NCBI RefSeq assembly: GCF_040938485.1 | Contig: NW_027271450.1 | Coordinates: 992,001 to 1,056,000 of the forward strand | Reading direction: 5' to 3' | From: Diadema antillarum | Taxonomy: Eukaryota | DNA length: 64,000 bases | Shown here: piece by piece, positions 48,846 to 61,225 of the stretch | Numbering within the stretch: position 1 is the stretch's first letter | Layout of the letters: the number at the start of each line of letters is the position of its first letter | Position numbers and translations under genes: made by a program | Notes under the pieces: generated by a model | Database searches by the model: none | The model's input: only the letters and a program-made list of their open reading frames with translations | Told to the model about the DNA's origin: nothing

Positions 48846-49175
48846 TATGTCTGAAAATAAGCCTAGATCAGATTCGATGGTGTACAGGAATGATTAGAAC
48901 GATTAGCTCCCCGGAGCACAGTTTACGCAGAGGCCTGGTAACGAATGTTGACCTCTAGGGTCAATCATAAATCTAAATGGAAGTAATGCCAGTAATTTTG
49001 GTTTTGAGACTTAAAATTCAAAGGATTTTTCACGCTAAAATAATTGTGAAAATTTTTTATTTATTTTTATAAAATTAGAAAATGCATTGGTAAGGAGTGA
49101 TACTGGTCTCTTTGGAATGCAAAAGCATCTCTTGCTGAAACTTGTTCAGCTCGCACACGCAGCCACTAAAGCAAC
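48846..49175. promoter_or_regulatory. Putative bidirectional promoter LZTFL1 / eIF4B
   Basis: 330 bp between divergent ATGs; AT-rich tract about 49020-49085; TCT/TOP-like pyrimidine initiators TCTCTTT (49107) and TCTCTTG (49128) on the eIF4B side. Confidence 0.55.
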
Positions 49176-49188
49176 ATGGCGTCATCTG
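49176..49188 (+). CDS. EIF4B: eIF4B exon 1 (MASS+G)
   Basis: GCAACATGGCG Kozak context, G|GTAAGT donor, phase 1 matching exon 2. Confidence 0.8.
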
Positions 49189-50546
49189 GTAAGTTAACCA
49201 CGAAAACTCCCATATCGATCAAATCTAACTATTTCACATGCTCAGATATTGGAAAATGCCGTAGGTTTTACTAAAATACTCCAATTTGAACGATAGTCAG
49301 TTAGCATGATAATGTTTTTGTTGTAACATGCTTCATTAGTATTTCAACAAGTTCATTTACGACGCTAGCAATGAATGGGAAGCCGATCTCGCGCGCTGTT
49401 GTGCGAGCATATGCGAGGAACATTTCGCGCAAAAACGTGGGGAGGTCCGTGTTTCCTTCCCTCGCTCACACACCGTGTGCACAGCTAGCTACAGCGAAGC
49501 AACCTCCGGAGAGCTAACGTTGGAGTTGTCTAGCGTGTAATTGTGGTGCCCTCGTGTACATTCACGTGAAAATCGCACCCACATCGCGTCGCGCCCGCCC
49601 TTGATCGGCATTTTATCCATATGCCCCATGTTTGTGAACAATAGAAAATGTCTAAAATTCAAACAGCTTCATATTGTTTGCCAAAAGTTTCTGTAATCTT
49701 AAGTATTGCTCTGGACATGGACCTCAGGTGATTATTACTGTGCTTTTGATATAATAGACCCCTAAATCAGTGAGTAAATGACATTCATTCGCATTTCATG
49801 TTTTCAACAACATGCAACAGCAGACATCCTGCTGCGGGCTGCTTACCATACCACACAGTCTTGGCAGGAGATTCCTCGCTTCAGATAAGATAACCTGAAA
49901 TGATCATGCAAAATTTCTGATTTCCTGCCATAAATATTTTTAAGTAACTAATCTAGCTGCTTGACCTAAAAATGATAGTCATTTTTGTGTGATCAGACTT
50001 CAGAGTGGCTACTGGCGCTGGCTAGTTTGCTAGCAGGGATTCAATCAACAAAGCATCTCCACCAGTTTACTGTTGTAAGAGGTGCATCAGGTTGGTTGAA
50101 GTCTCTGCAACATTGAGAGAAGCAGTAGCAATTGCCATTGCAATATTAAAGCAAGAGACAGAAAAATCTGTCTGTTCGGAGGAGTTTATAACATTTTAAA
50201 TAATTTTGACTCTGACCGGACAGACGAAAGCTTCTGGTACTAATTAGCCATAGATGCTGCTTTTGGAGATGCGTAACTACTGTTATGTGCCTATACGTGC
50301 TGGGTGAGATACCTCACCCTCCACGATTATGTCTAATTTTAGTCCCTAGATTGACATATGTTAAAACTTTAGAAAAACAGTGTAAAAAAATAACATTAAA
50401 TATTAAAAATAGAAAAAAACAAGTAAAAGTCCAGCCTCTAGTCATCTCTATGGATCTGTGAATGCCTTTCTTGTCTGTTTTTCTTAGTTTGAAATGAAAA
50501 ACTTAATGCAGCACTATGTGACTTTCTGGTCTGTTGTTTTCTGTAG

Positions 50547-50693
50547 CGAAAAAGAAGGGAAAGATCAAGGGAACCAAGGTCAACCTGACCGAGTTCCTGT
50601 CCAAAGGCGATGACTCTCCGGCTCCTGGCACCAAAATGGTTTACTCCTCCAAGTCCTCTTGGGCTGATGAAGCACCAGACTTGGGAGATGACT
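50547..50693 (+). CDS. EIF4B: eIF4B exon 2
   Basis: AKKKGKIKGTKVNLTEFLS...SSWADEAPDL resembles the eIF4B N-terminus (KKKNKKGKTISLTDFL..SWADE); CTGTAG acceptor, T|GTAAGT donor. Confidence 0.92.
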
Positions 50694-51157
50694 GTAAGTA
50701 TGAAGCCATCTGTAGCATGTTGTTCTACCCTGCATAGAATATTATGATATTCTTGCTGGGTATATGGCATGAATGTCATTTTTAGAGTGTTGTATCAAAA
50801 TACATTTACCTAAGACCATCCTTGTCCTTCAACAGGGGGAGGATGTTTCAAACAATGTGACATATTGTATACTTGTATACATGAGAGATTTGTATTGAAG
50901 TGCTTGAAACTATTGGAATATCAATAATTTCTGACAGTTTGTGTTATTCTCACTTCCTAATATATGCTATTGTGTGCCTATATTTATCTTGTTTGGAGTT
51001 CTTTAAAGATATTTCCACTTTGGATTACTGTCATGCAGATTTTTTTAAAGACATTTTCTTCTCTAGGTCCCATACCATCCAACCATCGACCCTTCTTTTT
51101 GTAACCTCTTTCATTGACTCATGCTATGTCAATACTTGGGATCTCCTTTGCCCTCAG

Positions 51158-51348
51158 ATGTCAGTCCTTGGCCCGATTCCAGTGCCGAGGCCATTGCGCT
51201 GCCCACGGCCCCCAAGAGTGCCCAGGCCATCGACATTGACAGGAGCAAGCTGCCTGAGCACCCTCCATACACCATTTACCTGGGCAACCTGCCGTTTGAC
51301 TGTTCTGCAGAAGAAATCAAGAAGTTTCTTACTGGGTCCAATTGCAAC
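51158..51348 (+). CDS. EIF4B: eIF4B exon 3 (RRM start, RNP2)
   Basis: LPTAPKSAQAIDIDRSKLPEHPPYTIYLGNLPFD; CCTCAG acceptor, AAC|GTAAGG donor. Confidence 0.93.
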
Positions 51349-51524
51349 GTAAGGGTGCATGCCTTCCCTTCCTAGCTGCAGTTATTTGTGGGGATGAGGA
51401 ATTGGGAGTGGAAAAAGTCCTCTAAACAAGGAATTGTGAACAAAAAAATATTTTGTAAATCCAATGTGCTTCAGGGATGTACATGTAGTATCTGAAATTT
51501 CAAAGAAGATGGGAGGATTCTTAA

Positions 51525-52083
51525 AGGACAAGTTCACCTTCATATACATGAGGGTTTAGTGAATGCAGCAATATTTGTAGAACACATTAGTGAAAGTTTG
51601 AGGAAAATCGGACAATCTGTTCAAAAGTTATGAATTTTTGAAGTTTCTGCTCACTCAAGGCTGGATAAGAAGACTACTATAGCTTGTGATGTCACATGAG
51701 TACAACGATATAAAGAAAGAATAAAGAAAATTCAACATATTTTAACTTTTCTCGTGTAACAAAAGAACACTTGACTTCTCTCTTTCATAAGGCAGGGGGA
51801 ATAATATTACCCTTAACATATGTCAGTAACAAGTCGAAGAAATGTGCACTTTATTCAAAAAGTAAAGTTTTGTGAAATTCTCTTTTTATTTCCTTTATAT
51901 GGTTGTACGCATATGACATCATACACTGTGGTAGTCTTCTCATCCAGCAGTGACTACGCACATACTTTAAAAATTCATAACTTTTGAACAGATTGTGCGA
52001 TTGTCCCCAAACTTTCACTGAAGTGTTCTACTAATATTGCTGCATTCACTCAATCCACATGTATATGAGGGTGGACTTGTCCT
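51525..52083. mobile_element. Kolobok-like MITE (559 bp) in eIF4B intron 3
   Basis: TTAA|AGGACAAGTTCACCTTCATATACATG ... CATGTATATGAGGGTGGACTTGTCCT|TTAA, with inner inverted blocks. Confidence 0.88.
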
Positions 52084-52828
52084 TTAACTTCGTAATCTAA
52101 TTTCTCAGTATAGCAGTGTTGAATTTACTAAGGCAGACACAAAAATAATCTCTGTGCTTCAGAGGTTGCAGTGTTAACAGCTCCCTTACTACCACAGGTA
52201 TCAGCTTTTGGCTTCATTTTATGCCCGATGCAGAGTTTCTCCTGTTAATCATCAATCAATGCTTAAATTCCAAATCACAGATGCAAATATGCCTCCTGGC
52301 TAATGCAATGTACAGTAAGCTCATGGCCATATTGCAGAACTGCTATTTCAGATCAGAAATGAGCTGCTTTATGTCTCCTGTTGTCCTTTCTGATTTATGT
52401 CAGTCTTCATTTCAAAAGTAATGCTCAAAATCACTAGTGAACACAGTGAACTAAGAACTTACTATGGTTCCTACCAGTACTATGCAAGCCTCCTTCCTAA
52501 GTTGTGTTTCATTCTCTTTGTCTTCAAAATCTGCTCCTTGTATAATTTGTTGGGTTGTTGTTTTTTTTTTTTTTATTTGGCATAACATGATATCCACATT
52601 AGACCTGAAATAGGAGAATCTTGATGTGCTGCTCTTCTCTGCACAATGAATTAGATTATGATATGATGAATATGATACCAATATGTTGCAGTACTGATAA
52701 GCCCTGTGGTCATTTCACAATAGGTGAAAATCTTCTTGTGTAAGAATTTAGAAGATTTGCTCATGTTTTCTGTCTGATTTGTGTCATTATCCTCACAATT
52801 TTGCTCTTCGTGTGAACCCTGCCTGCAG

Positions 52829-52939
52829 GTGAGTGACGTGAGATTGCCTCGCGATGGAGACCAGAGGATGAAAGGATTTGGCTACGCTGAGATCGATGAC
52901 ATCGAGTCTCTCTACAAAGCGCTCTCCCTGAACCATGCT
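52829..52939 (+). CDS. EIF4B: eIF4B exon 4 (RNP1)
   Basis: VSDVRLPRDGDQRMKGFGYAEIDDIESLYKALSLNHA; CTGCAG acceptor, GCT|GTAAGT donor. Confidence 0.93.
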
Positions 52940-53475
52940 GTAAGTTTGTCCCTCTTACATATTGTAGCCTGTTCTGCAATTCATCCGTAGTTTCAGTCAT
53001 GGTTCACATTTGCTCAGTGTTGCAATAGGTCAAAGGTGAAGGACCTTACTTTTAAAGGCTTCTTTCTGAAGCAAACATGCGTAGCCCACATTCATGATAC
53101 TGTTCAAACATGTTTTTAAAATGTTGGGGTTTTTTTTATATGCAAATAAATTTGTATCATACAAAGTGTTAAAATAAAAAGTCTCATAGTGTTGTTAATA
53201 CCAACTAGAAGCAGTCTTAAATGCACAATGTGGCAATGTCTTTCTGTCCCCAAACTTTTCATCTCCTGTCATAATTAAATTGCTTTCTGGCTGCAACCAT
53301 TAGGATATTTTCTCTAGTATCCTGTGATTGTACAGTGTACAAGTATTTGAGATCTGTTATGGCAGGGAGGTAGGAAGGACCTCTTCCCATCTCCCAGGTT
53401 GTGGTTAGCATAGGCTCATGTGATTGCTGAAACGAATGTTTATCATTGTCTGTATTTTGTGTCTTTGTATTGCAG

Positions 53476-53527
53476 CAACTGAAGTCGAGGAGGATACGTG
53501 TGGATCTTGCCAGTCAAGCCCAGACAG
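53476..53527 (+). CDS. EIF4B: eIF4B exon 5
   Basis: QLKSRRIRVDLASQAQT (end of the RRM); TTGCAG acceptor, G|GTTTGT donor. Confidence 0.9.
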
Positions 53528-53803
53528 GTTTGTGGCAGCATTTTTCACCCTTAGTCATTCCCTTGTGAATGCCATATGATTTAGCGTATATTGTAGAACA
53601 CAAAGATTATATTCATTCATTTGAGAAGTTAATCATTTTACTTATTGATGTGTTGAAATTTGCTTATTTCTGTGCCTGTTAGTTTTTGTGATAACTGATT
53701 TCAAAATCTTGATGCATTTATTTTTGTGGGTTTTAGGGGCAACTTTTCTCAGTTCAATTATTTGCATGGTAGTCATGTGCATGATTGGTATATAAGTGTA
53801 ATA

Positions 53804-54029
53804 CTGTACGCGCCGAATATTTCGTGAATTTTGGGAGTTAGGTGCTATTCGCGAAATTAAAGACTCGCGAAAATATTGACTCTGATCCCGATGTGGATGT
53901 GACGTATGCATGTATACATTTCTCAGTTCAGTACAGGACTTCATGATCGCGAATTTAACACTCGCGAAATCGTCTGGAATTCCTGATTCGCGAAAATTTA
54001 TAGACTCGTGAAATATATGGCGTATACAC
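53804..54029. mobile_element. TA-flanked Tc1/mariner-pogo-like MITE
   Basis: TA|CTGTACGCGCC...GGCGTATACAC|TA with internal TCGCGAA repeats; a related degenerate copy lies at about 54545-54771. Confidence 0.6.
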
Positions 54030-54164
54030 TACTTTTGTTCTATTTCTTCAGGCTGAAATGACATCTGACCATTGTACACATTAATCAACCTGTTTGAATT
54101 TGCATTGCATGATGAGACATTCCCCCTTCAACATAATCCATGCCATGCTCTTTATCCTTTGCAG

Positions 54165-54242
54165 ATGGCAAAATGGACAAGTTTGACAAGACAGCTGGTG
54201 ACTGGAGGCGTTCTGATGAATCCCGTAGTGAGTGGAATCAGG
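54165..54242 (+). CDS. EIF4B: eIF4B exon 6
   Basis: DGKMDKFDKTAGDWRRSDESRSEWNQ, matching the DKT..DWR motif; TTTGCAG acceptor, G|GTAAGA donor. Confidence 0.88.
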
Positions 54243-55741
54243 GTAAGAGGAACTTCCTTTCATTTTATGCCTTTACACCAAAGGATACCAGAGGTATCTT
54301 GTCAGGTTGTCCATCCATTTGGCCTGGTTGTCCTTCTAGGAACATCCCAGTGGTAATGGAATGTGGCAGGAAAGGTAGAAATAACAAGACAACTATGTAG
54401 ATGAAGTGATTTTTTTTGTCAGAGGTCTAGGCCAAATGTCACTGTACTGTTGCCTCAAATTTGTTATTTGAAGCAATAGATGAACAATTATAATATTATC
54501 ATCATTTCGTGTGATCCCAACTTATTGAAGAAAATGGAAGGCTCAACTAAGTGGAAATTTTCATGGTGTGGAAATTTTTGCGCAACCAGGAACCCGCGCA
54601 GAAAATCAAAGCAAGCAATCAAAGCAAGCAATCAAAGCAAGCAAAAGAATATTTGCTTGCCATAGGTTCCAGTAATTTATGTCTTGATTCAGCGGAATTA
54701 AAACTTGTGAAATTCATCTTACCTGATCAAGCGCGAAATATTACTCAAGCGAAAACATCCACTTTTACAGTAGTGCATTGTTCATTATAAGCATTAAAGA
54801 CATCAATTGTGTAAATGTATGTGTGTGTTCATGAGCAATCTCTTCCAAAATCCATACAAAGATAGCATTTTCTAAAAAGAAAGGCTAAAAAGAACTTCAG
54901 ATTCCTGTCATAGTCATCCCCATTTGAACAGTTTCTTTCAGTCAGAAAAGTCATTGTTTTCTATGGTTGGATATACTGACTAAACTGCTTTTCTTGATGC
55001 TTAGCAAGCTAGACTGTGACTCTACTTGTGTAATTCCTCAAGAAGAGTCTATTGTGTTGGTCAAGATGTTGCAAGCGAATAAGCATGCATATCTTGGGAC
55101 GATGCTTTGCCTGTGGTACTAAATTTCTCTGGTGTAGAAAAACGCCATAACAAAGTATTCTATCAAGATAATGATTGCTAATGGCGTGACTGAAAAGAAG
55201 AAAGTACTTGCGTATAGAAAGCATGAATTTTAACACTGATTTTAGTACTTTTGCTTGGTCATCTTTAGTGCTTTCTTCTTTTCTTTGTTATGACAAAATT
55301 CTCGAGGGTATAGTGCAGACTGCTGTGTTTGTAAGATTTTGTTCAGTAAATTTGGGGCCACCAGCCTAAAATCCTATTGACACTGTATGTGAACATGTTG
55401 TCTATGGGTCCTATTAAAGGAGTTAAGCACTTTAAAAACATACGAGCATACACATGTATAGGTAGAAATATAGGAGGATAGACTTGTAATCATATGAATA
55501 ACAGGTGAATTATTTAATCCCTCTCAGAGCGAGATGGGTTCAAGCACTATCATAATAAAGAGTAAACATTTTCTTCTGTAATACATTTATCAACCTGTTA
55601 TTACTGCACATTTTGATTCACTCTGCATATGATGTCAAACTATTCAATTGTTTGTAAGTTGTGACAGTTGCTTCATGGGCTGCATTGTATATGGTAACAC
55701 TCTTACCTTGTGATGTAACTTTCTGTGTGTGAATAATATAG

Positions 55742-56401
55742 GTGGTTACAACAATGCCAGCAGATACAGCAGTGACAGCGACAGAAATGACAGATGGCGT
55801 GACCGAGGGGGACAGGACAGCCGAGATTCCTTCGGAGGTGGACGAGATAGGGGCGGCTATGGCAGTAGAGACCGAGGTGGATTTGACCGAGACCGCGGAG
55901 GATTTGATAGGGATCGTGGTTATGACCGAGACCGCGGATTTGATCGCGACCGGGGCTTCGACCGTGGCTACGATCGCGGTTCCGACCGTGGATTTGATCG
56001 TGGATATGACCGTGGATACAATCGTGACCGTGGTTACGATGATGACAGAGGATACAGCAGAGGAGGTGGAGGAGGAGGAGGCAGCTTTGACAGGAACTAT
56101 GATCGTGGTGGTGGTGGTGGCGGTGGCGGCGGCTATGAAGGCAACTATGAGAAAGGAGGCGGCTCGGACGGTCGCGGCTTTGGCCGGGAGTGGGATCGTG
56201 ACCAGGGATCAGCAGACTATGGGGGATATTCGGCTGCTCCTGATCGCGGCCAAGACTATGGCTATGACAAGGGAGGAGACAGGGGAGGTTACTCCCGCAG
56301 GGGAGGGGATAGGGGTTATGACCGACGGAATGACAGAGGGTCAGACTATGACAGAGGATACAGCAACAGCCGAGGAGGTTTCGACAGAGATGATGGACAA
56401 G
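55742..56401 (+). CDS. EIF4B: eIF4B exon 7 (DRYG-rich domain)
   Basis: 660-nt Asp/Arg/Tyr/Gly-rich open frame; ATATAG acceptor, G|GTACGT donor, phase 1-1. Confidence 0.88.
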
Positions 56402-56871
56402 GTACGTTAGAAAATCCTACAAATTGCACCAAATGGAAGCTATGAATGATACAATTGTTAAATATCACGTCAGCTAGTAACACCATGACAGGGAATATGT
56501 TTAGACAGTATGGGACCTAATGATATCAGCAAACTGAAAGTGATGATTGATTCTTTTTTTTTTTAAATAAACATGTCTGTAGACAGTGGTCATCCTTATA
56601 AAGGGGATACAATTTAACTTGTGAGATTTGTGAAAAATGAGCTGGCACATACTTGTGTGCGAAAATATTATGAATGGGAGCAATAGGAATTCTGTTTTGT
56701 GTTGAAACATTTCATTTTATTTCCTTTCCACTAGTTTAAATGTCACAAGTTGCGATGAGAATTAGCATGTAGATGTCAGATCCTGTTTGTGGAAGATGCA
56801 TGCATAATGATTTAGTCTGATGCCAGTCACATATCACATGATAATGCCACACCCTGATTTTCTTCCACCAG

Positions 56872-56952
56872 ATGGTTGGAGGAGAAATGATGATAGTGGA
56901 CCTCCAAGGAGAGGCAGAGATGAAGAGGACTATGGACCGCCAAGAGATAGAG
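56872..56952 (+). CDS. EIF4B: eIF4B exon 8; the gene continues beyond the window
   Basis: DGWRRNDDSGPPRRGRDEEDYGPPRDR; CCACCAG acceptor, G|GTGAGT donor. The conserved RPKLNLKPR / SIFGGAKPVD exon was not found before 64000. Confidence 0.82.
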
Positions 56953-56957
56953 GTGAG

Positions 56958-57037
56958 TTCATTCATTCATTCATTCATTCATTCATTCATTCATTCATTC
57001 ATTCATTCATTCATTCATTCATTCATTCATTCATTCA
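56958..57037. repeat. (TTCA)n microsatellite
   Basis: About 20 units starting right after the exon 8 donor. Confidence 0.95.
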
Positions 57038-57849
57038 TTATTTCCATATAATGAATGAACACAACTGCCTTTCCATGTCAAAACATAATATTTAAAAAAA
57101 TCAAAACACAATTGCCTTGGTACAATTTATATATTTTCAGGCTTTCAAGTGGCCCTACTTTTCCTACTTTTTCCTACTTTTTTACTGCTGTCCCTATTTT
57201 TCCTACTTTTTCCTGCTTTTTTGGTGAAAAATCCCGCAAAAAAAAAAAAAAAAAAAAATGTGCAAGGCTACCCGGTACTTGAATAGTTTATATTCAGAAA
57301 TGATGAGTAGACTCTAGTTGCAGATTCTTACTGGTGGGGAGAGCCTCTTCAGAATGAAAGAGGGATAACACAGACCAATCAACCACAAGACTGCTGCCAG
57401 CCTCAGCTTTTGCTCCTGTGCAGATGTGATTGATCCCACTGATATTGCAGCCTAGGACTTGGAGCAGTGCTCAACCAGCTCTCATCATCGCTCAAAATTA
57501 CCAGGTAAGCTTGCCATATACCTAAAAATAGAATTTGACATGTGACTTCCAAAGAATACAACTGAGGTGAAAATGCTGCCTACAGCCAGTTTTAATGGAT
57601 GTAGAGTTCAAGCATATCATGTCTAATGCATGTGCTGGAATGCAAATCCTCAGAAAACAGAAATTTCCTTTGCTAAAATATGGTTTACTACGTAAATCGT
57701 AAAGGTCATGTCAAAACAAGAAATGACACCTTCAGATCCCCTTTGCCTGAAATCCTTCAATAATATATGTTTTGATAATAATAATTAACAATGATTGCAA
57801 TATGAAAAACTTAATATAAAAGTAAGTTTTTCACCACAGAAACTAGATC

Positions 57850-60800
57850 TGGTTGATGTGAGGATGAGTTATTCCCAAGAAAGCATGGATTGGTAGGGAC
57901 CCATTTGCATGAAACTTGCATATTACTGGGGCTAAATCAAAAGCACTGCTCCCAAAGGTAAACTGGACCTTTAACATGAGACATATGACTTGTGATATCT
58001 ATTTGAATCATGGTCAGGTGGTAGATATGACTACCAGAAACCTTAATTCATCTGAAGGTAAACAGCTGAGGAAAGTTAGTTGCTGAAAAATCAGATGAAC
58101 AAGAAGAAATGTTTAATTAACAGATCCCACACATTGTTGACAAGGAGTGAGAACAACAGTAATTAGCCATCGTGAAAGATAAAGACTAATAGAGCAGAAA
58201 CCTCTTTATGGACAATCTTAAAAGTTGATGGCTTGTATACATCTTACAAGTATTGTCTAAGAGGTTGAATTGCATCATAGGTAAGACATACATTACCTCG
58301 AAGAACTTAAAAGAAAGTAGGAAATGGAGGAACTTCACAGAAAACAAACACAAAAATAATATTTCAGTAACATTTAAAGATTGATTGAAGTTTAAACCAT
58401 GAGACGTTGAAGTTCACTTCCTGACAAAACTTACAAACTATCAGGAATATGTAGAGAGAAAAGCCATCTAAAGCATTACCTGAGAAAAAACCCTAACATT
58501 CAAGAAAGATAATGAATGCATATTCCACAAATAAGAGCAAGTGTGTGGATGTTTTAAGTTGGACCGCCAAGAACAGTTTGTTAAGTTTAGAGGAAACAAC
58601 TTGCAGAAAAATTAGAAGCCATGATGTCTTTTTATTCCACAGATCTTGCAAATTTTAGTTAAGGCTGAACATCTTTTTATTACCCAGCTAGTTTGAACAA
58701 GATGTGAGAAAATGGTAGAACAGAAATATCGTGATGAAAGTGGTCAAAGTGTCATGAGTCGTTTGAAGTGACATATCCAAAATATTGAACCATCTGAAAG
58801 AGTCTTGGTAAAATGTGAGACAGGGAAACTTCTTAAAGAAGAAAAAAGTGAATGGATGGATGTGTATGCCAATTGTGTCAACATACAAAACTGTAAGTTG
58901 AAGGTGAAAACCAACAGAACAATGGAGAGTATCGAAATTGAAAGGGCACAAATACACTGTATTTAAGTGCGGGGGGGGGGGGGGATGGGAACAGTGGCGT
59001 ATCTAGGGGGGGCAAGGGGGGGCACGTGCCCTGGGCGCCACTCCTTGGGGGCGCCGAAAATGAAAAAATGAAGAAAAAAAAGAAGAAGAAAAAGAAAAAA
59101 AAGAAGAAAAAAAAAAGAATGAAAGAAGAAGAAGAAGAAGAAAAAAAAAACCTCGCCCGGACCGGGAAGAAGGGGGGGGGGGGGGGGGGGGGGGAAGAAA
59201 ACCAAATCAAACAAGACAAAAACAAAAAATGACAATGTTTATTGTGTTCACACAAGAATTCCATGTTTTGTAAGCTGAAATTTTGGCTCACTCGCTGCGC
59301 TCGCTCGCCAAAATTTTTATATATAAAAAAGAAGATAAGAACAAAACGTGATAATGATGCGGACGAAATGACAATGTATATTGTGTTCACACATGCCATC
59401 GTTAGAAGGCAAAATGCTACACGGAGCAGCGGCTGCAATTTTATTTCTTTCGTTCTGAAGCGATCGCCCATTGGATCGAACGAGGGCGCCAAAGGTGTCG
59501 AACATACGGGGGTGGGGGGGCGCAAAAAACCAACTCAAACAAGATAAGAACAAAACGCAATGATGATGGGGAAATACACAAATACTATATCTTGATTAGA
59601 ATTGTAAGATTTGATAAGCAAAAAATGACAAGAATTCCATGTTTTGTAGGCTGAAACAGAAATTTTCGGCTCGCTCTCTGCGCTCGCTCGCCAAAATTTA
59701 TCAAAAAAAAAAGGCAAGAACAAAACGTGATGATGGCGCTGAAATATACATTTTGTACAAAATTCGGCTCACTCGTGCGTACTAATTTGGAGTATTTTTT
59801 CAAGTCCTCAGTTTGTTGGTATAAATCATTATCTATAAGGCCGTCACTATATCTTGATTAGAATTGTAAGATTTGATAAGCAAAAAATGACAAGAATTCC
59901 ATGTTTTGTAGGCTGAAATACAAAATTTTTTTTTATCCAAAAAAAAAAAGAGATAAGAAAGGAACATGATGATTACGCGGAAATATACAAAAATTTTCGG
60001 TTTGCTCGCTGCGCTCGCTGGCCAAAATTTATCTAAATTTATTACATTTAAATCACTCTCAAAAGACCCCTTTTAAGTGCTTGAAAAAGCATATCATGTG
60101 GACTTTTTTAAAATTCCCTACTGGGATGGGGTTGGGGTTGAACACTTTTCAGAAATTAGGGGCGCAATTTTCGCGCTTGCCCCGGGCGCCATTTTCCCTA
60201 GATACGCCACTGGATGGGAACTGCATGGTAAATATACAGATCTTCTAGAGTGTATTTGCTCTCAAACAACCAGAGAAATCAGAGAAGCTAGCAAGGACTA
60301 AAATGATAATGACAGTCACTGTTTATTTATTCTCCAGATCTTGCAAAGAGTAGTCTATAAGATTAACATGCTGAAATACTGAGCCAGTAGAATATCTGTA
60401 GAATGAAAAACAGAATCTCAACCATGTAAAATTTCAAAGGCGGAAGGATGTAATATTCTCAAAATATATGAAGAAGTTTGATTTCAAGAACATTGAATGA
60501 ACTTAAAAGTGCCTGGAATGATTGCAAAATGGAGAATCTTCTTGAAAAGGTCAAATAGCTGTATGTGTATTCAACAAAAAGGGTCATGATGAGCTGAAAA
60601 AAAGTTGAATGTAAAGAACTATTAACTATCTCCAGTAAATGTGGCAAATATTGCAAACAGTAGTAAGTCATTGGAAAGTACAGAATGATTATTTTCTACA
60701 ACTCTTTCTAAATTAACAAATGTAAGTTGATTCAAGAATTGATGAAATCTAGCATCAACAGGAACACCAAAGAAATGAAAACTTATTTATTTGTTATCTA

Positions 60801-60900
60801 CAGAAAATTATCAAAAAACAGAGTCATTTTTTGCTACCTATAAAGTCGGTAAGACTACAGACAGTGAGAAATGATAAAAGCAGATGTACATGTATGCTCC
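57850..60900 (+). pseudogene. Heavily degraded LINE-like ORF2 relic, split by the hAT-like element
   Basis: A-rich, stop-riddled frames with faint APE-like (ITGAKSK..YDL.YLFESW) and RT-like (CKLKVKTNRTMESIEIER) fragments; family not assignable by eye. Confidence 0.3.
58992..60212. mobile_element. Non-autonomous hAT element (1221 bp)
   Basis: 16-bp perfect TIR CAGTGGCGTATCTAGG / CCTAGATACGCCACTG; 8-bp TSD GATGGGAA at 58984-58991 and 60213-60220; internal repeated blocks. Confidence 0.92.
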
Positions 60901-61225
60901 TCACATCTTGTAAAGTGGAGTCATTTGGTTATATTACAGTCTTATGTTACTCTACATGCAAAAATACTACATTTCCCTGATGCTGAAATGTAAAGTATAA
61001 ATGATGTCCTTTTTTTTCTCTCTCTCTTTGGATGTTTTGTGTTCTATTGGTTTAAGTGTTTCAAATTGAGCTTGCCTTGTGTTTCCATCTATATCATATG
61101 ATTATAAAGATAATCTATATCACTGGAAATTCAGTTGTGGACACTGTGCCATAAACTCACAGTATCTGAGTGTGTAGATTTGTAGTGGGCCAGGATTTGC
61201 AAAATAAAGATGTCAATGCATTGGT

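Noticed and set aside
51067-51110. VPYHPTIDPSF resembling the eIF4B PPIDRS segment as an extra exon
   Set aside because: That frame is incompatible with the phase-1 donor of exon 2 and there is no good in-phase donor; exon 3 joins exon 2 directly.
55170-55240. Box C/D snoRNA-like motifs (ATGATTG, CTGA, ATGA, CTGA) in eIF4B intron 6
   Set aside because: Non-canonical C box, no terminal stem and no rRNA complementarity I could recognise; a snoscan run would settle it.
55742-56410. 222-aa alternative-frame ORF (Thr/Val/Met-rich)
   Set aside because: Shadow frame of the eIF4B DRYG exon.
58878-59553. Poly-Phe / poly-Lys ORFs
   Set aside because: Translations of the A/G-rich low-complexity interior of the hAT element.
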